Shown in pieces: positions 38,843 to 49,520 of a DNA stretch of 58,670 nucleotides; position 1 is the first letter of the stretch, and every line of letters begins with the position of its first letter. A program made the position numbers and the translations under genes. The notes under the pieces are model-generated. The model saw only the letters and a program-made list of their open reading frames with translations, was not told where the DNA came from and did no database searches. This DNA comes from an uncultured Holophagales bacterium (GTDB lineage: Bacteria; Acidobacteriota; Thermoanaerobaculia; Multivoradales; UBA5704). The stretch is taken from positions 1 to 58,670 of the forward strand of contig CAWJGT010000033.1 of NCBI GenBank assembly GCA_963842525.1, in the 5' to 3' direction.

Positions 38843-39265
38843 CCAAAGGCCGTGGCATTGGCTCTCCACCACCTGCCTGTGCCGCTCCGTCACGTACGCA
38901 GCGCCAGAGACTTGAGCCGCAGCTTCACTGCCATAGATCTTTGGGCCAAAGACCGTGGCGGAGAGTCGAAGGCTTTAGCCACAGCTTCACTGCCACGTGT
39001 CTTTGGACCAAAGACCGTGACGCTGGCTCTCCGCCACCTGTCTTTGCCGCTCCGTCACGTACGCAGCGTCAGAGGCTTTAGCCGCAGCTTCACTGCCATA
39101 GATCTGTGGGCCAAAGACCATGGCGGAGAGCCAGAGGCTTTAGCCACAGCTTCACTGCCACGTGTCTTTGACCCAAAGACCGTGGCGCTGGCTCTCCGCC
39201 ACGGTCTTTGCGGCTCCGCCACGTACGCAGAGCCAGAGGCTTTAGCCGCAGCTTCACTGCCACAT
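38843..39265. repeat. 165-bp tandem repeat (about 2.5 units) built from inverted submodules
   Basis: CCAAAG(G/A)CCGTG starts at 38843, 39008, 39173. CAAAGACC(G/A)TGGCGGAGAG is also present as its reverse complement CTCTCCGCCACGGTCTTTG. Confidence 0.85.
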
Positions 39266-39285
39266 TTCTTTAGGTGTCATCCACT

Positions 39286-40485
39286 TCAGAGAGTGGAAGA
39301 CATCCACTCTTTGATCTTTTCGTAGGCGTCAGGCTGACCGAGCAGGTCGAAATGATGGATGCCGTGGAGGACCCAGCGCCGGGACTCTGGCAAAGACAAG
39401 GTCAGGCCGGGCTCTTCATGGCGGCCTAGAGCGCTGTCGGGAGGTACGAACCCATCGCTGGGCCATGGGTCGCCGAGGCCCTCTCTCGCCATGGCGGCCA
39501 TCGCGTAGCACTCCACGCCCTCGGGCAGGGGAACCGGCTGCCGCGGATCTCCCGAACGCTCGAACCGGTCACGGTCTGCCCAGTCCTCGTCCAGCAGGTT
39601 ACCGTGGCGCAGGTCGGTGATGCCGGCGCTGCGGATCTTCCCGAGACGAGCCAGCGGCGCCGTGTAGGGGCTGATCCCCAGAACGATGTCCACCCAGTTG
39701 CCGCCGCGCTCCAGGGGCGAGCCGTGGTGCGGTGTGCCGAGGAAGACGAGACGCTTCAGAACCCGCGGCCAATCGTGCCCCGCGACTCTCGCGTAATGGC
39801 AAGCGCTGCGGGCCACCAATCCGCCCATGCTGTGTCCGAGGATCGCGAGCTCCTCGACCGGCACCGGCCAATGGCGCACCAGGCTCTCGAGCAGGGCGGC
39901 AAGCTCGCGTCCATTCGTGGAGACGTGGAGCCCGCTGTTGTAGTGCAGATAGACGGGTGTGTAGCCGAGGTCGCGGGCGAGCGCGGCGCCGTGGTCGTGC
40001 CCCTTTCGATTCCATTGCAGATCGTTCATGCACAGGCCGTGCGCCAATACGATCAGCTTGCCGCTGGGCCGCGGGATGGACGCGGCCAGGGCCGGCCCGG
40101 GTTCCAGGGGGTGTCCGTCCCGGCGCAGCCGCATGGGGATGGCCAGCGGGTTCCCGGAGGCGACGAGATGGTCGCCCAGCACACCGTTCAGAGCGGCCAG
40201 CAGGGCTTCGCGTCCGGGCGGCGAGCTCCCCTCGCCGAGCCTCGCAACGGCCGGCGCGAGGATGGCGTCCAGCCCGCCGCCCACGAGCCGGGTCACCCCC
40301 CGGATGCTCCGGTAGACGAGCCCGGTGATGCCGCGCGTGGCACGTTGTGCCGGGAGGCCCGGAATCCGGGCGATGTTGTGGTGCATGGCCTCCACGAGGT
40401 CGGTCATACCCGCGGTGGCCTCGACGGCGAGGAGGCTGATCCCACGGAGGTCCGAGGGACGGAAACGGAATTTCCGCCTGTTCAT
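39286..40485 (-). CDS. Alpha/beta hydrolase (PGAP1/lipase-like)
   Basis: HGLCMND, YNSGLH, GHSMGG, LGTPHHGSPLE, DGFVP, HFDLL. Confidence 0.85.
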   Translation of the reverse strand: MNRRKFRFRPSDLRGISLLAVEATAGMTDLVEAMHHNIARIPGLPAQRATRGITGLVYRSIRGVTRLVGGGLDAILAPAVARLGEGSSPPGREALLAALNGVLGDHLVASGNPLAIPMRLRRDGHPLEPGPALAASIPRPSGKLIVLAHGLCMNDLQWNRKGHDHGAALARDLGYTPVYLHYNSGLHVSTNGRELAALLESLVRHWPVPVEELAILGHSMGGLVARSACHYARVAGHDWPRVLKRLVFLGTPHHGSPLERGGNWVDIVLGISPYTAPLARLGKIRSAGITDLRHGNLLDEDWADRDRFERSGDPRQPVPLPEGVECYAMAAMAREGLGDPWPSDGFVPPDSALGRHEEPGLTLSLPESRRWVLHGIHHFDLLGQPDAYEKIKEWMSSTL

Positions 40486-40931
40486 GGAGCGCAGTATAGG
40501 CGCGTGCGCACGGGGGCCCCCGCATGACTGACAGGGGCGGCTGAAGTCGTACCGCCCAGCCCCAACGCCGTCGGATGCGTGGGCTGGTAGAGACCGAGCC
40601 CGCCGCCGCTCGGCAGCTTGAAGGTCGTACTGGTCCCCCAGGGCGCTTCCACCAGGGGCGTGCAGCTCACATTTTTCTCTTGCAGCGACTGGACGAGCGC
40701 GGGCAGATCGTCGCACATCAGGTAGAGGACGGCTCCGAGGAGGTCCTGCCCGGCATGGCTCTGCACGAAGTTATCGCTCGCGGGGTGCACTGCCATCTCC
40801 GCGGGCGGCAGCGCGAAGATCAGCCAGCCCTCGCCGAGCTCAACGAAGCGAAAATCCAGCACGTCGCGAAGGAACGCTCGATCCGCTTCCGGATCTTTGC
40901 TGTACAGAAGGAAGTGAGCTCCAAAGATCAT
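40482..40931 (-). CDS. VOC/glyoxalase family protein
   Basis: GAHFLLYS.DPEADRAF, GWLIFALPPAE, YLMCDD, LYQP. 3' end uncertain. Confidence 0.8.
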   Translation of the reverse strand: MIFGAHFLLYSKDPEADRAFLRDVLDFRFVELGEGWLIFALPPAEMAVHPASDNFVQSHAGQDLLGAVLYLMCDDLPALVQSLQEKNVSCTPLVEAPWGTSTTFKLPSGGGLGLYQPTHPTALGLGGTTSAAPVSHAGAPVRTRLYCAP

Positions 40932-40946
40932 GGCGGTGCCCTCGTG

Positions 40947-40973
40947 AAAAGGGCCGGCGTTCGGCCGGCCCTT
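40947..40973 (-). terminator. Intrinsic terminator after the M2 peptidase
   Basis: Minus strand AAGGGCCGGC-CGAAC-GCCGGCCCTT followed by TT. Confidence 0.6.
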
Positions 40974-40999
40974 GGGTCATTCGGGGTGATGCGGGCGGC

Positions 41000-42816
41000 T
41001 CACCAGCCGCACTTCTGGCCCTTGTTCTGCTGGTCGAGCCACTTCTTCAGAGGGCGCGAAGTAGTCGACCATGGCCGTGGCGTCCATCCGCTCCTCGCCG
41101 GTGACGGCTTTCATGGCCTCGGGCCAGGGACGGCTCGCGCCCATCTCCAGCATGGCGTTCAAGCGCTTGCCGGCGTCCTTGTTGCCGTAGATCGAGCAGC
41201 GGTGGAGCGGACCCTTCTGCCCGGCGGCCTGGCAGAGCCCGCGGTGGAGCTGGTACTGCAGGATGTCGGCGAGGAAGTAGCGCGTGTAGGGCACGTTGGC
41301 CGGCACGTGGTACTTCGCGCCCGGATCGAAATCCTTTTCGGTGCGCGGCACCGGCGGCACCACGCCCTGGTATTTCCGCCGCAGCTCCCACCAGGCGGAG
41401 TTGTACTCGGCCGGCTTGATCTCGCCCGAAAAGACCTTCCAGCGCCACTGGTCGATCAGCAGGCCGAACGGCAGGAAGGCCACCTTTTCGAGCGCCGCCT
41501 TCATCAGCAGGCCGAGGTCCTTGGAGGAGTCCGGGACCTGCTGCGAGCAGGTCGATCTGCTTCAGGTACTCGGGCGTGATCGACAGGGCGATCGTGTCGC
41601 CCGTCGCCTCGTGGAAGCCGTCGTGGGCGCTGTCCTGGTAGAGGAACGGCAGCTTGTTGTAGGCGCGCTGGTAGAAGTTGTGCCCCAGCTCGTGGTGGAT
41701 GGTGCGGAAGTCCTCGTCGTTGACCTGGATGCACATCTTGATCCGCAGGTCTTCCTTGTAGTCCATGTCCCACGCGCTGGCGTGGCAGACGACCTCGCGG
41801 TCCTGCGGCTTGGTGAAGAGCGAGCGCTCCCAGAAGGTCTCGGGCAGCGGCGCGAAGCCGAGCGAGGTGAAGAAGCGCTCGCCGTAGCGCACCATCTCCT
41901 TGGCGTCGACCTTCTTGGCCTGGAGGAGCGGGGTCAGGTTGGTGCCGGTGTCCATGCCGGGCGCCGCCAGCACGTCATAGAGGCTGTCCCACTGCTGCGA
42001 CCACATGTTGCCCAGCACGTGCGCCGGGATCGGCCCGTTGGGCGGCACGACCTGGTCGCCGTATTTCTTGTTCAGCCCGGCCCGCACGTAGCAGTGCAGC
42101 GAGTCGTAGAGCGGCTTGACCTGGTTCCAGAGGCGGTCGACCTCGGCGGCGAAGGCGTCGGGCGGCATGTCGTACTTGGAGCGCCAGAGGGCGCCCGTGT
42201 CCTTGTACCCGAGCTCGCGCGCGCCCTCGTTGGCGAGCTCGACCAGGCGCTGGTAGTCGTCGCGCATGGGCGGCGCGATCGAGTGCCAGCCGGTCCAGGC
42301 CTCCAGCAGCTCCTTGGGGTCGCGGCTCTGCTCGATGATGTCGGAGAGCTGCTCCAGGTCGAGGCAGTTGCCGTCCTTCCGGCAGTACTTGCCGGAACCG
42401 TACATGCCTTCGAGGCCCGCGGCCAGGCGGGTCAGCTCGGCCGTCTTCTTGGGATCGCTGGGCGCCGGCAGGGTGAGGCTGCGCTTGAGGAGGTCCATCT
42501 GCCGCCGCAGGTCGGCTGGCAGCTCGACCTTGTCGAAGCGGGTGGCCTCCTTGGCCAGCTCGACGCCGGCCGCGGTGAGGACCTCGTTGCGCTTGGCGGC
42601 GAGGATCTCGGTGTCGTAGGTGATGAAGTTGGCCTGCACCCACTGGGCGCGGCCGGCCTCGATGGTCAGGTCGAGCAGGCGTTGGTTGGCCTCGGCGATG
42701 AACTTTTTCGCTTCTTCCACCGTGGGGGTCTGCGCCGCCACAGGGCCGGCCGCGAGACACGCGGCGCCGGCCACGAGGGCCGCGGACAGACGGAATCCTC
42801 GGGCAATACGCTTCAT
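41000..42816 (-). CDS. M2-family peptidyl-dipeptidase (ACE-like), frameshifts near 41545 and 41050
   Basis: Signal peptide, [45 protein letters not shown]. Confidence 0.9.
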
Positions 42817-42840
42817 TTCGTCGATACCTCCAAAGTTGAG

Positions 42841-44034
42841 CTAGCCAGCAGTCGCGACCCCGACTTTCGCCAGCACGGCCGACATCCGCTCCAGGCCTTC
42901 GGTCAGGGCGGCGCGCGAGCAGGCAAAGGAGATGCGGATGTGGTCGTCGGCTCCGAAGGCGGCCCCGGGGACCACGACGACTCCGGCCTCGTCCAGCAGG
43001 AATTCGGTGAATTCGACGGAGCCCTGCCGGCCCGGCCCATAGCAGGACGCCACGTGCGGGAAGGCATAGAACGCTCCGTCCGGCGGGCGGCAGAGGAAAC
43101 CGGGCAGCTCGTTGAGCCGCGGGATGAGCATCTCCCGCCGCGCCTGGTATTCGGCGATCATCACCTCCACCTCCGGCTCGGCGCAGCGCAGCGCTTCCAG
43201 CGCTCCGACCATGGCGAACGAGGTAGGGTTCGAGGTCGCATGGCTCTGGATGATCTCCACCGCCTGGACCACCGCCTGCGGACCGAGCAGGTAGCCGATG
43301 CGCCAGCCGGTCATCGCATAGGTCTTGGAGAACGAACCGACAAGGACGACCGTCTCCGGGAACTCGGTGGCCAGGGCGGCGGCGCTGGCGTGCGGCACCC
43401 CGTCGTAGACGAAGCGGGCGTATGTCTCGTCCGAAATCACCAGGAGCCCGCGCTCGGCGGCGAATTCCACGATCGTGCGCAGGTCCCCAGGGCTCACCAC
43501 GCCGCCGGTCGGATTGCACGGGGCATTCAAGAGGATCGCGCGCGTGCGGTCGGTCACCGCTGCCAGGATGGGTCCGGAGTGGATGCGGAAACCGTCCTCC
43601 ACCGAGGTCGGAATCTCGACGGGCCGAGCACCGGCGAAGCGGATCTGCTCGGGGAGGCTGACCCAGGCCGGGGAGGGGATCACGACCTCCTGCCCCTCCT
43701 CGAGGACGGCGAGCGCGAGCTCGAAGAGCGCCGCCTTCCCCCCCACGGTGATCACAGACTGCGCCGCCGTCCAGGGCGAGCCGTAGGTCCGGCGATAGTA
43801 TGCGGCCACCTCGGCGCGCAGCTCGGGGATACCGCTGCCGGGCGTATAGCGGGTGAAGCCTTCAGCCAGGGCACGGCAGGCGGCGTCGACCGCCACGCCG
43901 GGGGACCGGAAATCGGGCTCGCCGGCGCCGAAGTCGACGACGGAGACCCCCTGGGCCCGCAGCTCGGCCACCCGGCGCGTGATGCGGAGGGTGGCGGACT
44001 CGGCGATGCGGGACATCCGGGAGGCGAGCTTCAC
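42841..44034 (-). CDS. Class I/II PLP aminotransferase (aspartate aminotransferase-like)
   Basis: GEPDF, NPTG, SDETY, SFSKTYAMTGWRIG. Confidence 0.9.
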   Translation of the reverse strand: MKLASRMSRIAESATLRITRRVAELRAQGVSVVDFGAGEPDFRSPGVAVDAACRALAEGFTRYTPGSGIPELRAEVAAYYRRTYGSPWTAAQSVITVGGKAALFELALAVLEEGQEVVIPSPAWVSLPEQIRFAGARPVEIPTSVEDGFRIHSGPILAAVTDRTRAILLNAPCNPTGGVVSPGDLRTIVEFAAERGLLVISDETYARFVYDGVPHASAAALATEFPETVVLVGSFSKTYAMTGWRIGYLLGPQAVVQAVEIIQSHATSNPTSFAMVGALEALRCAEPEVEVMIAEYQARREMLIPRLNELPGFLCRPPDGAFYAFPHVASCYGPGRQGSVEFTEFLLDEAGVVVVPGAAFGADDHIRISFACSRAALTEGLERMSAVLAKVGVATAG

Positions 44035-44139
44035 GGGAGCGGATCGTATCAAACGGCGCCGGCCCGGTGCGAATAAACTGGAGGCGACGCCCTGTTGTGG
44101 GTGTCCGAGGAGCCACGACCTGACCGAGGTGCCCGTCTC

Positions 44140-46011
44140 ATGACCAGATCCTTCTTCTCCTGCCGGCAGGCGCTGGCCCTGCTCGGAGCCCTGACCCTCG
44201 CGGCGGGCGCCGTCCAGGCGCAGATGGAGCGCCCCGAAAAAGCCGGCCTCGCGCTGTCCGCCGACCGCACCGCCTATGAGGCAGGGACCACCGCGCGGAT
44301 TGCGGCGCAGATGACCATCGAGCCGGGCTGGCACGTCAACAGCGATAAGCCCACTTTTGAATACTTGATTCCTACGGTGCTCGACCTCGAGCTGCCGCCG
44401 GGATGGGCCGACGAGGCCGTCCACTATCCGCAGGCGGAGATGCAGACCTTCGCCTTCGCCGATCAGCCGCTGTCGGTCTATGACGGCGAGGTGTTCCTGC
44501 TGGCCGATGTGAAGGTCCCTGCCGGAGCCCCGGCGGGCAAGGTGCCGGTCACGGCGGCGCTGCGCTACCAGGCGTGCAACGACACCCAATGCCTGCCGCC
44601 GGTGACGACCCGCGAGGAGGTCATCCTGGCGGTCGGGCCCGGAGGCCAGGCGGTCGAGAGTGCCGCCTTCACCGCACCGGCCGCCGGTGGCACGGAACCC
44701 GCCGGCGGCGCGCCTGGCGGGGACCAGAACGGCAACCGGAATGCCGGAGCTCCCGCCGGTCCGGCAGGCGTGAGCCTCGCCTGGATGCTGGGGCTCGCCG
44801 TCCTGGGCGGGCTGATCCTCAATGCCATGCCCTGCGTGCTGCCGGTCCTTTCCCTCAAGGTCTTCGGACTGGTGCGCAGCGCCGGGCACGGCCGCTCCGA
44901 GGTGGTGCGGGGAGGGCTCGCCACGGCGGCCGGCATCCTGGTCTCGTTCTGGGCCCTCGCCCTGGCGGCGATCGCGGCGCGGTCGGCGGGCGCGGCGGTG
45001 GGCTGGGGCGTGCAGTTCCAGCGGCCGGGCTTCGTGGCGTTCCTCGCCGTGGTGGTCGTCCTCTTCTGCCTCAACCTCTGGGGCCTCTTCGAGATCAACC
45101 TGCCGCAGCGGCTGGCACAGGTCGGCGGCAGGGGCCCGCGCGAGGGCATGGCCGGCCACTTCGTCTCCGGCCTGTTCACCACCCTGATGGCGACCCCCTG
45201 CTCGGCGCCCTTCCTGGGCACCGCGATCGGCTTCGCCCTGGCGCAGGAGGCGGTGGTGATCCTGGCCATTTTCACCGCCGTCGGCCTCGGCATGTCGCTC
45301 CCCTACCTGCTGCTGGCCGTGGCGCCCGGCACGGCACGGTTCCTCCCGCGGCCCGGCGCCTGGATGGACACGGTGCGCGGCGTGATGGGCTTCCTGCTCG
45401 CCGCCGCCTCGGTGTGGCTGTTCTATGTGCTCTCGGCGCAGATGAGCCCGGAGCGGGTGGCGGCGATCCAGCTCGGGCTGCTGAGCCTCGCCCTTTTCAC
45501 CTGGCTGCGGCACCGCGGCGTCTCCGCTCCGGCCTTCAAGCGGGTCGCGGGCGTGGGCATGGCCGCCGCGGTCGCCGTCATTATCGGGCTCGCGGTCTGG
45601 AGCGGCGGCAAGGCGCCCGCCCAGGCGACCAGGACGGCCGGCCTGATCTCCTGGCAGACGTTCGACCGCGCCAAGGCCGAATCGCTCTCCTCCGGCGGCC
45701 AGCTCGTCTTCGTCGACGTGACCGCCGATTGGTGCTTCACCTGCAAGGTCAACGAGCGCCTGGTCCTGGAGACCCCCGAGATCGCTTCCGCTTTCACAGA
45801 GCACAGCGTCATCCCGATGAAGGCGGACTGGACGAACCGCAACGACGACATCGCCAAGTTCCTCGCCGAGCACGGCCGCTACGGCATCCCCTTCTATCTC
45901 CTCTACCGCCCCGGCAAGGAGCCGCACGTCTTCAGCGAGGTGCTGACCAAGAACGGGCTGGTGGCGAAGGTGAAGGAGGCGGCGCAGGTGGCACAGGTCC
46001 CCCTCCCCTGA
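44140..46011 (+). CDS. dsbD: DsbD-like thiol:disulfide interchange protein
   Basis: YQACNDTQCLPP, NAMPCVLPV, ATPCSAP, thioredoxin WCFTC. Confidence 0.85.
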   Translation: MTRSFFSCRQALALLGALTLAAGAVQAQMERPEKAGLALSADRTAYEAGTTARIAAQMTIEPGWHVNSDKPTFEYLIPTVLDLELPPGWADEAVHYPQAEMQTFAFADQPLSVYDGEVFLLADVKVPAGAPAGKVPVTAALRYQACNDTQCLPPVTTREEVILAVGPGGQAVESAAFTAPAAGGTEPAGGAPGGDQNGNRNAGAPAGPAGVSLAWMLGLAVLGGLILNAMPCVLPVLSLKVFGLVRSAGHGRSEVVRGGLATAAGILVSFWALALAAIAARSAGAAVGWGVQFQRPGFVAFLAVVVVLFCLNLWGLFEINLPQRLAQVGGRGPREGMAGHFVSGLFTTLMATPCSAPFLGTAIGFALAQEAVVILAIFTAVGLGMSLPYLLLAVAPGTARFLPRPGAWMDTVRGVMGFLLAAASVWLFYVLSAQMSPERVAAIQLGLLSLALFTWLRHRGVSAPAFKRVAGVGMAAAVAVIIGLAVWSGGKAPAQATRTAGLISWQTFDRAKAESLSSGGQLVFVDVTADWCFTCKVNERLVLETPEIASAFTEHSVIPMKADWTNRNDDIAKFLAEHGRYGIPFYLLYRPGKEPHVFSEVLTKNGLVAKVKEAAQVAQVPLP

Positions 46012-46173
46012 CCCCTCCCCCGCGCGGCCCCCATCCCACCACCCCGAGCGGGAGAGGGGCACCACCTCTCTCTCCTCCGGTTTTCCCCTTGGCACGATCG
46101 GCAGGCGTTCCCCCTCTCCCGTTCGGGGAGGGTGTGCGGGGGCCGCACGGGAGAGGGGGTCAGGGGGAGAGGG
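46000..46173. repeat. Inverted REP-like pair overlapping both convergent stop codons
   Basis: CCCTCCCCTGACCCCTCCCC...GGGAGAGGGG and CCCCTCTCCC...GGGAGAGGGGGTCAGGGGGAGAGGG. Confidence 0.75.
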
Positions 46174-47542
46174 CTTTCTTCTTCACCTCCTCCCGCACAC
46201 CCCTATATCGCTCCAGCCTCTCCTTGAGCCTCGCCTCGAACCCCTCCCCCCGCGGCTCGTAGAACCGTGTCCCCTGGAGCGACTCGGGGAGGCAGTCGAG
46301 GCCTCCGACTCCCTCCTCGGTCTCGGGCGCGTAGACGTAGCCGGCGCCATAGCCGACCTGTTTCATGAGGCGGGTCGGGGCGTTGCGGATCGTCATCGGG
46401 ACGGGATCCGCGGGCCGCTCTTCCACGGTGCGCCGGGCCTCGCCCCAGCCCCGGTAGACGGCGATGCTCTTGGGCGCGAGGGCCAGGTAGACGCAGGCCT
46501 GGGCCAGGGCGAGCTCCCCTTCCGGAGAGCCGAGCCGGTGGTAGGCCTCCCAGGCGGCGAGGGATTGGGGCAGGGCCTGGGGATCGGCAAGCCCCACGTC
46601 CTCGCTGGCGAAGCGGACCATCCGCCGCGCCACATAGAGAGGGTCCTCTCCGGCCGCGAGCATCCGCGCCAGCCAGTAGAGGGCGGCGTCCGGATCGCTC
46701 TCGCGCAGCGACTTGTGCAGCGCCGAGATGATGTTGAAGTGTTCCTCGCCGGACTTGTCGTAGAGGAGGACCTTGCGCTGGGCGACCCGCTGGACCGTCT
46801 CGGCGTCCACGCGGCGGGAATCGTCCGCAGATACGTCGGAGACCGCCAGCTCGAGGAGGCTCAGGGCCTTGCGCGCGTCGCCCGACGCGAGCTGCGCGAG
46901 CGAGTCGAGGGCGGCTTCGTCGATCTCGACCCCGGACCGTCCCAGCCCCCGCTCCTCGTCCGCGAGCGCGCGCCGCATCAGCTCGGCGAGGTCCGCGGGC
47001 GCGAGCGGCTCGAGCACCACGACCCGGCAGCGCGACAGGAGCGCGGCGTTGAGCTCGAAGGACGGGTTCTCGGTGGTCGCCCCCACCAGCACGACGTCGC
47101 CGCGCTCGACATAGGGGAGGAAGGCGTCCTGCTGCGCCCGGTTGAAGCGGTGGATCTCGTCGACGAAGAGGAGCGTCCGCCGTCCCTGGGCCTGGCGCAG
47201 GCGGACCGCCTCGGCCATCACCTCCTTGACCTCCTTGATCCCGGAGGTAACGGCCGAGAACGGGACGAAATGAGAGGACGTCTCGGTCGCGATCAGCCGC
47301 GCGAGAGTCGTCTTGCCCGACCCCGGTGGGCCCCAGAAGATGAGCGACGGCACACGGTCCGCCGTGATCGCCCGGCGCAGGAAGCCGTCCGGGCCCAGGA
47401 GCTTCGTCTGCCCCACCAGCTCGTCGAGCGAGCGCGGGCGCATCCGCTCGGCCAGCGGCGACGGCGCTCCGGGAGCCGCTCCCGCCGTCCGGGCCGGTGT
47501 CGTCTCCACAGGTTCCTGGTCGTCGAAAAGGGTGCGCGGCAT
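46160..47542 (-). CDS. rarA: Replication-associated recombination protein A
   Basis: [41 protein letters not shown]. Confidence 0.95.
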   Translation of the reverse strand: MPRTLFDDQEPVETTPARTAGAAPGAPSPLAERMRPRSLDELVGQTKLLGPDGFLRRAITADRVPSLIFWGPPGSGKTTLARLIATETSSHFVPFSAVTSGIKEVKEVMAEAVRLRQAQGRRTLLFVDEIHRFNRAQQDAFLPYVERGDVVLVGATTENPSFELNAALLSRCRVVVLEPLAPADLAELMRRALADEERGLGRSGVEIDEAALDSLAQLASGDARKALSLLELAVSDVSADDSRRVDAETVQRVAQRKVLLYDKSGEEHFNIISALHKSLRESDPDAALYWLARMLAAGEDPLYVARRMVRFASEDVGLADPQALPQSLAAWEAYHRLGSPEGELALAQACVYLALAPKSIAVYRGWGEARRTVEERPADPVPMTIRNAPTRLMKQVGYGAGYVYAPETEEGVGGLDCLPESLQGTRFYEPRGEGFEARLKERLERYRGVREEVKKKALSP

Positions 47543-47570
47543 GGAGAGATGTTATCGCACCGGCCGCCTT

Positions 47571-47628
47571 CCTCCCCTCTCCCGGGGGCAGGGAGTGCGG
47601 ATGGGAGAGGGGCCGGGGGTGAGGGGCC
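47571..47628. repeat. REP-like element
   Basis: CCCCTCTCCCGGGGGCAGGGAGTGCGGATGGGAGAGGGGCCGGGGGTGAGGGGCC, closely similar to 13020-13080. Confidence 0.85.
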
Positions 47629-47680
47629 ACCCCTTCCTGTGGTTGAATACGCGGGGTCGATTCGAGGAAAGGGACGAGGC

Positions 47681-48691
47681 ATGAGTCAGGAACGGCGCAA
47701 AAGGGTCCTCTCGGGCATCCAGCCCACGGGGAAGCTCCACATCGGCAACTACATCGGCGCCCTCAGCCAGTGGGCGCAGAACCAGGATGAGTTCGACAAC
47801 TTCTTCTGCGTCGTCGACCTCCACGCCCTCACCATCCCGGAGAGCGTCAATCCGAAGGCGCTGCGCCAGAAGACCCGCGAGGTGGCCGGCCTCTGCCTCG
47901 CCGCCGGGATCGATCCGCAGAAGTCCACTCTCTTCGTGCAATCGGAGGTCTCGGCCCATGCGGAGCTGATGTGGATCTTCGACTGCGTCACCCCCCTGGG
48001 CTGGCTCTACCGCATGACCCAGTTCAAGACCAAGTCCGAGCAACAAGAAAGCGTGGGCTCGGGCCTTCTGCAATACCCGGTGCTCCAGGCCGCGGACATC
48101 CTCCTCTACGAGCCCGACTTCGTGCCCGTCGGCGAGGACCAGCGGCAGCACGTCGAGCTGGCGCGCGACATCGCGTTGCGCTTCAACCACCTCTTCGGCG
48201 AGATGTTCGTCCTGCCCGAGCCGATGATCCGCAAGACCGGCGGCGCCAGGATCATGGGCCTCGACAACCCCGAGCAGAAGATGAGCAAAAGCGTGGGCGA
48301 GACCAAGAAAGGGCACTCGATCGGCATCCTCGACCCGCCGAAGGAAATCCGCCAGGCCATCATGCGAGCGGTGACCGACACCGGGCGCGAGATCAGCTTC
48401 GAGCGCGGCTCACCCGGGGTGAAAAACCTGCTGGCCCTCTACCAAAGCCTCTCCGGCGAGGAGCCCGAAGCTATCGAAGCCAAATTTCAGGACAAAGGGT
48501 ACGGCGACCTCAAGAAGGAAGTCGCCGAAGCGGTGGTCGCCCACCTGGAGCCGATCCGCACCCGCTACGACGAGATCATGGGCGAGCCCGGTTTCCTGGA
48601 CCGTGTCCTCGAAGAAGGCGCCGAAAAGGCGAGGATCGCGGCCAACCGGGTCCTGGATCGGGCGAAGGAGTTGGCCGGTCTGGGGCACTGA
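47681..48691 (+). CDS. trpS: Tryptophanyl-tRNA synthetase
   Basis: SGIQPTG.LHIGNY, YPVLQAADIL, VPVGEDQ, KMSKS. Confidence 0.97.
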   Translation: MSQERRKRVLSGIQPTGKLHIGNYIGALSQWAQNQDEFDNFFCVVDLHALTIPESVNPKALRQKTREVAGLCLAAGIDPQKSTLFVQSEVSAHAELMWIFDCVTPLGWLYRMTQFKTKSEQQESVGSGLLQYPVLQAADILLYEPDFVPVGEDQRQHVELARDIALRFNHLFGEMFVLPEPMIRKTGGARIMGLDNPEQKMSKSVGETKKGHSIGILDPPKEIRQAIMRAVTDTGREISFERGSPGVKNLLALYQSLSGEEPEAIEAKFQDKGYGDLKKEVAEAVVAHLEPIRTRYDEIMGEPGFLDRVLEEGAEKARIAANRVLDRAKELAGLGH

Positions 48692-48731
48692 GAGGCTGTC
48701 TCGCCCTCTGGACCCGGCCTCCGGCCGGCGC

Positions 48732-48959
48732 CTATCGGAGCGGATCGACTTGGAGTCCGGAGAGCACCCGGGTGCCGTCCAGGAGCTCGCGGCGGAATGC
48801 AATCATGTCGAGCGCTACTTCGACAGTTTCGAGTTCGGTGGCGGTACCCAGGATCTTCTGTGCACGGCGCAGGGTCTCAGGATCCAGCCAGAACTCTTTT
48901 CGGACCTTGCCTTCCCGGGTCGGGCGGGGTTCAGGGGCTTTTGGGGCCGGGCGTGTCAT
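48732..48959 (-). CDS. VapB-like (RHH) antitoxin, no adjacent downstream toxin
   Basis: RKEFWLDPETLRRAQKILGTATELETVEVAL pattern. Confidence 0.55.
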   Translation of the reverse strand: MTRPAPKAPEPRPTREGKVRKEFWLDPETLRRAQKILGTATELETVEVALDMIAFRRELLDGTRVLSGLQVDPLR

Positions 48960-48972
48960 GCGGATGAGCGTA

Positions 48973-49013
48973 CCAGTCCTGGCGGTTGGTCAGGTCCCAG
49001 AAGTCGATGGCGG
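48973..49013. repeat. 41-bp exact direct repeat, copy 1 (duplicate of internal Rieske gene sequence)
   Basis: CCAGTCCTGGCGGTTGGTCAGGTCCCAGAAGTCGATGGCGG, also at 53336-53376. Confidence 0.95.
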
Positions 49014-49520
49014 GGACTTCACCAAAGCCGAAAGATCCGTGACCGGGGAGTGGAAGCCTGACGCTATGATTCGTTCGAGCCATTGGTTGGCCTGATCCGG
49101 GTTCCAAAGACCTCGCTCGATCCCCAGGATCAAGCACCCGAGCGTGCCGGAGACTGGTACCTTTCGATTCTCCGCGTGCCGCCGTGCCGCTTTGTCGTCC
49201 GTCAGCAGAAGCCACCCGCGATGCTGAGCGATGGCGAGGCAAGAAGCTTCGCCGGCATGGAGCCGCCCAGGCATGTTCGAGAAGAGCTCAATTTCCTTGG
49301 CGTCACCGAGGCTGGTGAGCCGCAACCAGCCACTCTCGGAAACAGGATGAAGGATCTTTTCGACCCCGGAATAGAACAGGTAGCCTTCCTCCAAACCGCG
49401 CGCGATCTCCTGGTAGACCTCCGTGGAAAGATAAACCTCTCCATAGAGCTCGCGGAGCTTGCCGAGAGCGGCGATGGCGGCGAAGTTCGAAAGGACCGTT
49501 GTATTGGAAATGATGCTCAT
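48990..49520 (-). CDS. DUF3368-like PIN-domain protein (VapC-like)
   Basis: ISNTTVLSNF, EVYQE, LHAGEASCLA, LLTDDKAAR, GTLG. Confidence 0.85.
   Translation of the reverse strand: MSIISNTTVLSNFAAIAALGKLRELYGEVYLSTEVYQEIARGLEEGYLFYSGVEKILHPVSESGWLRLTSLGDAKEIELFSNMPGRLHAGEASCLAIAQHRGWLLLTDDKAARRHAENRKVPVSGTLGCLILGIERGLWNPDQANQWLERIIASGFHSPVTDLSALVKSPPSTSGT

Noticed and set aside
42841-46095. 1084-aa ORF, and other long antisense ORFs such as 7045..9954, 2790..4670 and 41296..44076
   Set aside because: Shadow ORFs caused by high-GC codon bias. Only 42841..44034 encodes the aminotransferase.
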